From: a virus
DNA length: 34,292 bases
Reading direction: 5' to 3' (one strand)
Virus record (IMG/VR): IMGVR_UViG_3300044701_001886
Positions 25,040 to 31,981 of this stretch are shown here, one piece after another (position 1 is the stretch's first letter; the number at the start of each line of letters is the position of its first letter). The notes beneath the pieces were generated by a model, which worked only from the letters and a program-made list of their open reading frames with translations, was not told where the DNA came from and made no database searches. Both the position numbers and the translations under genes were made by a program.

Positions 25040-25073
25040 ATTGACTGCGGCAGTTGGCGTGGTTACATTGCAG
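24990..25073. repeat. 84-bp perfect direct repeat, copy 1 (last 16 codons of ref plus 34 bp downstream)
   Basis: Base-by-base identical to 25692-25775. The flanking bases differ on both sides. Confidence 0.9.
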
Positions 25074-25096
25074 TCTCCACAAACGAAAGGAATTAA

Positions 25097-25386
25097 ATGA
25101 ACACCATCACTGTAAACGGCGTTGATTATGTCCGCGCCGATTCTGTTCCGACCGGAAATCGGGCTGTTGTCGTTGTCGATCGCGGCTGGATTTTTGCAGG
25201 CGACGTTACCCGAGAGAATGGCCGGATTCGGCTGTCTCGCGCCGTGCATGTTTTCAAGTGGGAGTCGATTGGCTTTGCGAAAATGGTTGAAACGCAAAAA
25301 GCCGATCTGAGGAAGATTGCCGATGTTGATTTGCCGGAAGCGGCTGAAATCTTTTGTATTCCTGTTGCAGACGATTGGGGTCTGTG

Positions 25387-25387
<1 letters not shown>
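25097..25387 (+). CDS. Hypothetical protein (96 aa)
   Basis: AAAGGA Shine-Dalgarno sequence. The GWIFAGDV...IRLSRAVHVFKWESIG pattern is seen in other phage early regions. Confidence 0.5.
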
Positions 25388-25647
<260 letters not shown>

Positions 25648-25691
25648 CGGAGGAATGATGAGTGACCTTTACAAAGCAGCGAAGTAAGCGC

Positions 25692-25775
25692 TGGATGCGC
25701 TGGCGGACACGATCACATCGTTGTATATCCGCAACGGTTAGATTGACTGCGGCAGTTGGCGTGGTTACATTGCAG
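25692..25775. repeat. 84-bp perfect direct repeat, copy 2
   Basis: Identical to 24990-25073. Preceded by a 10-codon remnant ORF (25655-25687, MMSDLYKAAK) with a GGAGG Shine-Dalgarno sequence. Confidence 0.9.
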
Positions 25776-25834
25776 CCGTTGCAAGCGGGTAGTCGCAAAA
25801 AGTTTGATTCAATTAACAAACTAATAGGCGAAAA

Positions 25835-26083
25835 ATGATTAATTCAATAAACACATCTCAACAAACCAAAGCCACATGGCCAACTACAGATACGCGCTCA
25901 CAATGGGCTGATGATCTTGGGGCTGGGCTTGCAAATAAAACCCAAGTGAAGCGCGAATCTGAGCTTGCCGAGCTTCCAGTGTTTGACGATCTTGTTATGA
26001 AAGCCGCGCTTGGCGCTGTTAATGGTCTTATATGGGGCTTAGGCGTATTGCCGAAAGTATTAAAACTTGACGGCAAGAAATAA
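25835..26083 (+). CDS. AT-rich accessory gene, small protein with a C-terminal hydrophobic segment (82 aa)
   Basis: Tracked ORF in an island of about 44% G+C. C-terminal VMKAALGAVNGLIWGLGVLPKVL. Confidence 0.45.
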   Translation: MINSINTSQQTKATWPTTDTRSQWADDLGAGLANKTQVKRESELAELPVFDDLVMKAALGAVNGLIWGLGVLPKVLKLDGKK

Positions 26084-26178
26084 CTGACAGCGACGAAATT
26101 ATCCGAGCGTTAGGTGTTAATAAAACATGTCAACGAGAACGACAAGTACGCAGTTGCCGACGCACTCAAGGAGGGTTA

Positions 26179-26469
26179 GTGATGAGTGACTTTGAATGCT
26201 TGCCTATTGGCACGGCTGAGCGGCTGGCAGATTTGGAGGCGGAGAATGCAAGTCTGGCGCAACTGCTAAAAGATATTCCGCCGTTTGAGGCAGAGTGTGA
26301 GGAGTGCTTTGACAAGCGCCATCTACTTGAAGCAGATGTCGAGCGGCTGCTGGCGCAGCAGGCCGAACTGCTGGCGGCATTGAAACCCGTTGCGGTTCGA
26401 GGAGAAATCAGCGCAAAAATAATCAAGGATGCCCGCGCCGCCATTGCCAAATCGGAGGGCCAGCGATGA
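26179..26469 (+). CDS. Hypothetical coiled-coil protein (96 aa; GTG at 26179 or ATG at 26182)
   Basis: AAGGAGG Shine-Dalgarno sequence upstream. Confidence 0.55.
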   Translation: MMSDFECLPIGTAERLADLEAENASLAQLLKDIPPFEAECEECFDKRHLLEADVERLLAQQAELLAALKPVAVRGEISAKIIKDARAAIAKSEGQR

Positions 26470-26705
26470 GTGATCTAAGACAAGCAGCCCAGCAGGCGCT
26501 GGAGGCGTTGGAGAAGACACACACGCAGCCGGGATGCGAACAGTGGCAAGCCGAACGTAAAGCGTCAGTAGCCCTCCGCCACGCGCTGGCGCAGCACTCA
26601 GCGACTGACCAGTTCGAGGATGCGCTCGATATGGTGGCGCGCGGGGAAACTGTAAATGATTCCCTTACAGTTGACTGCCCCACCTGTGGTGGGGGCCAGC
26701 GATGA
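26466..26705 (+). CDS. Hypothetical protein (79 aa)
   Basis: ATGA overlap. Starts MSDL. Confidence 0.5.
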   Translation: MSDLRQAAQQALEALEKTHTQPGCEQWQAERKASVALRHALAQHSATDQFEDALDMVARGETVNDSLTVDCPTCGGGQR

Positions 26706-26992
26706 GTGACCTTTACAACGTGGCGAGAGTTTTACTCGGCGTCCTAGATTCAGGAGAAAACATTTACCGGCATTCGGGGGAGCATGCGCTACTCCGCGCC
26801 GCGCTGGCACAGCAGGTTGAGAAGCAACAGGCCGAGCCGGTGCCGCCCAGTGGGTACGCATACCGTTACTACCCGGACACCATCAGATTTAACGACGCTA
26901 GCAAGGTCGATGGAGTCTGGCCGATTGAGTCGATACCGTACTGGTTCGGAGCACATCCTACCCGGCAAAACAAGAAGGACGGCAAGCAATGA
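26702..26992 (+). CDS. Hypothetical protein (96 aa)
   Basis: ATGA overlap. Starts MSDL. Confidence 0.5.
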   Translation: MSDLYNVARVLLGVLDSGENIYRHSGEHALLRAALAQQVEKQQAEPVPPSGYAYRYYPDTIRFNDASKVDGVWPIESIPYWFGAHPTRQNKKDGKQ

Positions 26993-27216
26993 ACGATCAA
27001 ATAAATCATCCTGTTCATTACAACTGCCATCCAAGTGGTGTGGAATGCATTCAGGTGACTGAACATATGAACTTTTGCATTGGCAACGCCATTAAGTACA
27101 TCTGGCGTGCTGGTATCAAGTCCAGCAGTCCTGTGGAAGATTTGCGCAAAGCCCGCTGGTACATAGATCGTGAGATTGCACGGATTGTTTCATGCAAGGA
27201 AACCAACAATGAATAA
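26989..27216 (+). CDS. DUF3310-family protein (75 aa)
   Basis: HPVHY...ECI...GNAIKYIWRAG.K....DLRKARWYI is the DUF3310 signature. Confidence 0.6.
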   Translation: MNDQINHPVHYNCHPSGVECIQVTEHMNFCIGNAIKYIWRAGIKSSSPVEDLRKARWYIDREIARIVSCKETNNE

Positions 27217-27245
27217 GGAAACAATCATCTGCGCACGGGGTAGCA

Positions 27246-27557
27246 GTGATTAGAGTTAACGCTCTTAGCTTCGCCAAGATGCTGCGCTGCCTCACAGACG
27301 GCCCCAGCACAATCCGCGAAGTGTGCGACGAGACTGGCCTGCACTACGTGACCACGCGGGAATATTTGGCTGCGCTGCACAAAGAAGGCGTGATCTACAT
27401 TGCGGCATGGGATCGAGACGCACACGGCCGGTCGTGCATCAAGGTTTACGGCCTTGGCGAAAAGGCTGATGCAAAGCGGCCACGATTGTCTGACCGTGAG
27501 CGGCAGGTGAACTACCGGAATAGAAAGCGGCTGAGTGCTGCGATGGGGTTGCAATGA
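27246..27557 (+). CDS. Winged-helix DNA-binding protein (103 aa, GTG start)
   Basis: MLRCLTDGPSTIREVCDETGLHYVTTREYLAALHKEGVIY, followed by a basic C-terminal tail. Confidence 0.5.
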   Translation: MIRVNALSFAKMLRCLTDGPSTIREVCDETGLHYVTTREYLAALHKEGVIYIAAWDRDAHGRSCIKVYGLGEKADAKRPRLSDRERQVNYRNRKRLSAAMGLQ

Positions 27558-27838
27558 GTGATAAAGAATTGCTCGAACTTGCCGCAAAGGCGGCCGGGTT
27601 AACGATTAAGCGTTGGGTGCAGGAAAATTATGTTGTCGTGAACGACGGCGATAAAGCGTATGGATGGAGTCCGCTGATATATGACTCAGATGCGCTGCGG
27701 CTGGCGGTGAGGTTGAACTTGTGGGAAGCGGTGCGTTACGGTTATCTACACGCTGATTCATCGGACAAAGACCCGTGCGCAGCTACCCGACGCTCCATTA
27801 CCCGCGCCGCGGCTGAGATTGGTAGGAATATGAAATAA
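27554..27838 (+). CDS. Conserved phage protein (94 aa), function unknown
   Basis: ELLELAAKAAGL ... WSPLIYDSDALRLAVRLNL pattern, common in phage accessory regions. Confidence 0.5.
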   Translation: MSDKELLELAAKAAGLTIKRWVQENYVVVNDGDKAYGWSPLIYDSDALRLAVRLNLWEAVRYGYLHADSSDKDPCAATRRSITRAAAEIGRNMK

Positions 27839-27885
27839 CCGCGCAGCGGGCGGCGGATTCAGCCCGCACCTAGAAAGAAACTGCC

Positions 27886-27996
27886 ATGACCGAGAACGAA
27901 GTGGAAGTTGTTGTTGACGAAGAACTCGACGCAATTGAGATCAGCGAAGAACTGCTATCAAAGATTGGCGGCGGTCACGTGAGCATCTGGTTCTAA
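27886..27996 (+). CDS. Untracked 36-aa acidic peptide with a double-glycine-leader-like motif
   Basis: Hand translation gives MTENEVEVVVDEELDAIEISEELLSKIGGGHVSIWF*. Purine-rich AGAAAGAAA lies 6-14 nt upstream. It is the last ORF before the terminator. Confidence 0.4.
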   Translation: MTENEVEVVVDEELDAIEISEELLSKIGGGHVSIWF

Positions 27997-28001
27997 CCCA
28001 C

Positions 28002-28026
28002 GGGGGCTTCGGCCCCCTATTTTTCT
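28002..28026 (+). terminator. Rho-independent terminator at the convergence point of the two units
   Basis: GGGGGC-UUCG-GCCCCC (28002-28017) followed by UAUUUUUCUU. The hairpin overlaps the stop of the minus-strand 362-aa gene. Confidence 0.75.
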
Positions 28027-29105
28027 TCGGCCTTGTCAATCGCTTGCTGACGCGCCTTTTTAGCGTCTTCCATCTTCTTCTTGCCGCTGTTCAGTAGCGA
28101 ATTCCCTGCTACTGCGGCAGCGCTACCGAGGCCAAGTGCGGCAAGTAGACGCGGGTTGACAAATCCAAGCATATCGTTCTCGTTGACGCGGGCAGGGTCA
28201 AAGGCGGCGAATCTGGAGCGTTCAAATGGCGCTGCGTTGCTTACCATTGTCGGCATTGATGCCGGCCCTTCGGCAAACTTTTGAGTTTTATCAATGCCAA
28301 GTTCGTAAATTGAATTGCCCTCAGTAAAAAGTGTTTTTGCTGGCGTTTTCTTACTGATGATTTTGTAATCGCCGCCTAGCGCTCCCTCTCCATGATCTAT
28401 TGCATACCGGCGATCCATAGTCACCCAATCTCCTTGATTAATAGAGTCTCCGGCGTTTTTAGGAACCGCTCGAAACACTTCTACTTGAGCATTAGGTTTT
28501 GCACGAAAAGCCTGCATTTTCCGAATTAACGTTGCATCACGAGAAGGATTTGCGCCGTCCCCGTAATACCTAGCGGCCATACTTGAATAAATATCGTCAG
28601 GATAAGTTCTGTTTAATTCATGCAAAGGAGCGCTGTATCCTGTGCTGGCTGAAGTTGGCGCTTTGTGAACGCCGATATATTCTCGCTCATCAAACCCCAT
28701 CGCCCTAGCCCGCTCCATCGGCGTGTTATCCGGGCGCAGCCCTAGTCCGCCATCGCTAACCGGCTTTGCCGCGTTTTGCTGCGCAATCCGCATTGCTTCG
28801 TCACGCGGGGCAACAAATTGGCGAGTCATCCCAACAAACCCCGGCGCGGTGCCCATCAGAGCGGCAGTCATCCTTTCTTGCTCTCTGTTCGCAGCGGCAA
28901 CGGTTGACGTGTCATCCGCCATAACGCCACCGGCACGGCGGTACGCAGTCGCAGGGGAGTCGAGAGCGCGGTTCATGTCCGCCGCCCAGATGTTTGCCTG
29001 CGAGGCGAGATGATTTACGGGGTCGGTCAGCAGCGCTTTCAGGTTGTTGCGCAGCTTGTTGCCGAAAGAATAGACGTTTGTTAGTGCGTTGCTCATCGCG
29101 GCCAT
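28017..29105 (-). CDS. Tail-anchored protein of unknown function (362 aa), coupled to the spanin genes
   Basis: Complete ORF. Met4 forms an ATGA overlap with the Rz stop. C-terminal hydrophobic LLAALGLGSAAAVAGNSLL, then a K/E-rich tail. No family recognised. Confidence 0.6.
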   Translation of the reverse strand: MAAMSNALTNVYSFGNKLRNNLKALLTDPVNHLASQANIWAADMNRALDSPATAYRRAGGVMADDTSTVAAANREQERMTAALMGTAPGFVGMTRQFVAPRDEAMRIAQQNAAKPVSDGGLGLRPDNTPMERARAMGFDEREYIGVHKAPTSASTGYSAPLHELNRTYPDDIYSSMAARYYGDGANPSRDATLIRKMQAFRAKPNAQVEVFRAVPKNAGDSINQGDWVTMDRRYAIDHGEGALGGDYKIISKKTPAKTLFTEGNSIYELGIDKTQKFAEGPASMPTMVSNAAPFERSRFAAFDPARVNENDMLGFVNPRLLAALGLGSAAAVAGNSLLNSGKKKMEDAKKARQQAIDKAEEK

Positions 29106-29569
29106 GCCTCCAAAAGCACCCTTACTTCGTCGGCTCTTGCGTCAGCAGCCGCCGCCAGTCTTCCCGCTTCTTCATCAACTCCGCTGAGTACGTCCCGGAG
29201 GATGGCGGCATCGGCACGGCAGGCGGCGAGGGAATCGGCAGCGGTTCCGGCAGCACGCAAGGCTGCGGCGTCGCGCAGGCTACTAGCAGCAAGGGCAGAA
29301 ATACGGCGGTCGCGGTCTGCAAGGGCTTTCGCATAGGTGGCCTCGGCTTCCGTTTTCTTGCGTTGCAATTCGTTGGCTTTGTCAATCGCAGCCGCCAGCG
29401 TGTGAGACTGCGCATCTGCCAGCGCGTCTTTCTCAATTTGCCAGTCGGCACGGATCGCGTCCTTACCGTCTGCCCTGCCCTTGAAGTACACCGCCCCCAA
29501 AGCCAGCAGCACCGCAAGCAATGCGCCTAGCATTCGATACGGCCCGGCAAGGAACGCAAGCAAGTTCAT
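29093..29569 (-). CDS. Rz: i-spanin, Rz-like (158 aa from the ATG at 29569)
   Basis: N-terminal TM LLAFLAGPYRMLGALLAVLLALGAVYF, an Ala/Arg/Asp-rich coiled-coil periplasmic part, and an ATGA overlap with the endolysin stop. Confidence 0.65.
   Translation of the reverse strand: MNLLAFLAGPYRMLGALLAVLLALGAVYFKGRADGKDAIRADWQIEKDALADAQSHTLAAAIDKANELQRKKTEAEATYAKALADRDRRISALAASSLRDAAALRAAGTAADSLAACRADAAILRDVLSGVDEEAGRLAAAADARADEVRVLLEAWPR
29122..29334 (-). CDS. Rz1: o-spanin, Rz1-like lipoprotein embedded in Rz (70 aa)
   Basis: MRKPLQTATAVFLPLLLVAC has a lipobox (LVAC), followed by a Pro-rich mature part. Entirely inside Rz in another frame. Confidence 0.7.
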   Translation of the reverse strand: MRKPLQTATAVFLPLLLVACATPQPCVLPEPLPIPSPPAVPMPPSSGTYSAELMKKREDWRRLLTQEPTK

Positions 29570-30042
29570 TGTTCTAGAACGTCGCAAATACGCCGCGCCC
29601 ATCCTCGGCTAAACGATGGCCAGCCGTTCATCCATGTCATTGCGCGAAGGCGGTCGGCAATCATCCACACTCGCACCCGATCAACATCTGCCATGTTTGC
29701 AGCTTTAATCGTTTCCGGTCCGATAACTCCGTCAACCGTAGACCCTACTGCGCGTTGTAGCCACTTAACCGCAGCACGAACTCCACTGTTAACGGCGGCA
29801 TCGAACATCGGATACCTAAGCGGTCCAGGTAAATCATCGGCTCGGCATGGTGTCCAGTACCGATCAAAATATATTCGCCTTGCAAGATCAATCGGCAATT
29901 CTTCCATGTTGCCACGGTAGCCAACTTCCCGCGCCACAGCTTCAGTTATTCCGTACCGGGTCTTCCCACCGGGATCGGCCGCGTGATCCGAAAACCCGCC
30001 CTCGTGCTTTAGCAAAATGGCAAACGCGGCGTCGAAGTCCAT
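29566..30042 (-). CDS. Endolysin, GH108 N-terminal domain plus a PG_binding_3-like C-terminus (158 aa)
   Basis: ILLKHEGGFSDHAADPGGKTRYGIT is the GH108 signature. No N-terminal TM/SAR segment. Confidence 0.7.
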   Translation of the reverse strand: MDFDAAFAILLKHEGGFSDHAADPGGKTRYGITEAVAREVGYRGNMEELPIDLARRIYFDRYWTPCRADDLPGPLRYPMFDAAVNSGVRAAVKWLQRAVGSTVDGVIGPETIKAANMADVDRVRVWMIADRLRAMTWMNGWPSFSRGWARRICDVLEQ

Positions 30043-30335
30043 TATTGCCCCCTAGCGCCAATTATCAGCAAACACGCCAATCCAAGCGCAAAAAACAGCC
30101 CAGAAACTTGAGCAGCAGCGCTAACAGCGGACAAAGCTTGCATTGCATCAGCGGCTGAAATTAGCTCGGCAGCGTGAGTTATCAGCACTAGCATGGGGAC
30201 CAATCCACCCGCCGTCATCAGCACAAACGCAAATCTGCGGGCGTGTTGCGTGCGCCAGCTCATACGAATGAGGCACTTAACACCTAATACGGCAACAATT
30301 GCGCACGCGATCAGGTAGGCAGCAGTAACGAGCAT
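30042..30335 (-). CDS. Holin-like or antiholin-like membrane protein (97 aa)
   Basis: Three hydrophobic segments. TAATG overlaps at both ends. Lies between the holin and the endolysin. Confidence 0.45.
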   Translation of the reverse strand: MLVTAAYLIACAIVAVLGVKCLIRMSWRTQHARRFAFVLMTAGGLVPMLVLITHAAELISAADAMQALSAVSAAAQVSGLFFALGLACLLIIGARGQ

Positions 30336-30670
30336 TACACGCCCCCCTTGCGCTCAATCATTTTTCTGATGAACTCAGGCAACCAGTGGCGGGCATGGGC
30401 GGCACTTGCGTGAATAGCACCGGCAAGCAAAAAACCAATCAAACCTAGCACCAGAGCGCACGCAGATAAAACGTGGTCTCTGATGGCTTGCGGTGGATCA
30501 ATGTAATGGGTGAGGATTGGAGCGCCTACAACTGCAACAGCAGCTCCGGCAATGATGGCAGTGACTACGGCAAATACCGTCAATTTTTCGTGAAACGATA
30601 GGCCAACTAATGCGCCTAACAGGCCAAAAGCCTCAGCTCCGAATTTCCTGAAGACTTCTGTTAAATCCAT
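30335..30670 (-). CDS. Holin, three predicted TM segments and a charged C-terminus (111 aa)
   Basis: AFGLLGALVGLSF, VFAVVTAIIAGAAVAVVGAPIL, VLSACALVLGLIGFLLAGAI, then ...RKMIERKGGV. First gene of the lysis cassette. Confidence 0.55.
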   Translation of the reverse strand: MDLTEVFRKFGAEAFGLLGALVGLSFHEKLTVFAVVTAIIAGAAVAVVGAPILTHYIDPPQAIRDHVLSACALVLGLIGFLLAGAIHASAAHARHWLPEFIRKMIERKGGV

Positions 30671-31861
30671 TTAGCCCACCTGTCGAATCGAAAAAGACGA
30701 TCCAATCCTGATGTAAAGCGAAGCACTAAGAGGTGTTGCGTTCAGGTTTACCGTATCCCCAGCAGACAGCTTCAATGTGATTGCAAACGCCCATCCATCG
30801 GTCACGTTGGCGTCAGTGCGCTTTGTCTGAGTCAAGATGGCAGATGCGTTAACTCGCAGATCAATCGTCCAGTCGACAACGGCTCCTGTGTTGTAAGCCT
30901 CGCCGGTTGCGCAAACTAGATAAGAGCCGCCTTGTCCTGCCGGAACCGTAAAAATGCCAGTTGTAGTGTTATATGCGCTTCCGTCATTGTGCCCACCAGC
31001 AAACGCAACATCCTGGAAAACAAGTGCCCCGCTAGTGGTTTGATCGCTAGTAATGCGTCGTGCTGCAAAGCTGATTTGCGTGTTCCCGTTATTCCTGAAA
31101 CGCCCCGAGCTATCAATGTTCCACGCGGCCGCTGTGGCGTTGTCGACAAATCCACGGCTTGCAAACGTGCCGCCGCTGATCGTGGTGTTTCCAGTAACTC
31201 CGAACGTGCCCGCAACGGTCGAGTTGCCGGTGATCGCAGCGCCACCAGCGGCAACGGTAAAACCTCCGGCAGTAATCGTTGCGCCGCCAGCCGTTACGGT
31301 TAGACCGCCCGTCGTAATCGTGGTCGTGCCTTGAATACGCGCAGTCCCAAATACGTCCAGTTTCTGCGTAGGGGTTCCGCCGATGCCGACGTTCCCAGCG
31401 GCCCACAGCATTGCCTGCACGCCACTGACAGACATCGCGACCTGATTGGCGGCCGGAGAGTACAGCCCCGAGCTAGTGGCCTGCGCAAATCGAATTGAGG
31501 GCGTTGCGGCCGTACCGTTGGCAAACTGGATCGAGTTCGATGCGCTAGGGTCTGGGACGTTGAAATTGTCCACAGTCCAGATAACCGCGCCGCCAAGGGC
31601 TACGGGTTGCCGCAGTTCGAGCTTGTAATTGCCACGATAGAAAATCTGCGCTTGCCCGTTCGCGTCTAAAATGATCGGGTTAGCATTTGCAACCGTTTCG
31701 CCTGCGTTGCTCCACGTTGTACGCGGGTTCGTGGTTCCGGCGTCATACGTGAATAGCCGGTATCCTGCGGCGGGCAGTTGGACAATCGTCGGCACCCCGT
31801 TAACGAGTACGCTCGTCGGGTATGTGAATGTCGCCAAACCTGGGGGAGCTACGTTAGCCAT
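30671..31861 (-). CDS. Tail fibre with a C1q/TNF-like C-terminal head (396 aa)
   Basis: The N-terminus YDAGTTNPRTTWSNAGETVANANPIILDANGQAQIFYRGNYKLEL is a common podovirus fibre motif. The C-terminus YNTTTGIFTVPAGQGGSYLVC...LSAGDTVNL...FSIRQVG fits the C1q pattern. Confidence 0.65.
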   Translation of the reverse strand: MANVAPPGLATFTYPTSVLVNGVPTIVQLPAAGYRLFTYDAGTTNPRTTWSNAGETVANANPIILDANGQAQIFYRGNYKLELRQPVALGGAVIWTVDNFNVPDPSASNSIQFANGTAATPSIRFAQATSSGLYSPAANQVAMSVSGVQAMLWAAGNVGIGGTPTQKLDVFGTARIQGTTTITTGGLTVTAGGATITAGGFTVAAGGAAITGNSTVAGTFGVTGNTTISGGTFASRGFVDNATAAAWNIDSSGRFRNNGNTQISFAARRITSDQTTSGALVFQDVAFAGGHNDGSAYNTTTGIFTVPAGQGGSYLVCATGEAYNTGAVVDWTIDLRVNASAILTQTKRTDANVTDGWAFAITLKLSAGDTVNLNATPLSASLYIRIGSSFSIRQVG

Positions 31862-31981
31862 ATGGAACTCGCGATTGGTATTTTCTTGAAAAGTTTCGTC
31901 GCCGCGTTTTTGCTGTGTATCGCAAGGCCCGCCGGTCGATGGATTACAAACAAACTTCCGGACGGCCGATTGAAGCGTGCA

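Noticed and set aside
27846-27867. Hairpin GCGGGC-N10-GCCCGC after gene 27554..27838, considered as a terminator
   Set aside because: It has only a 6-bp stem with a 10-nt loop and no downstream U-tract. It may still be an RNA element but cannot be called a terminator.
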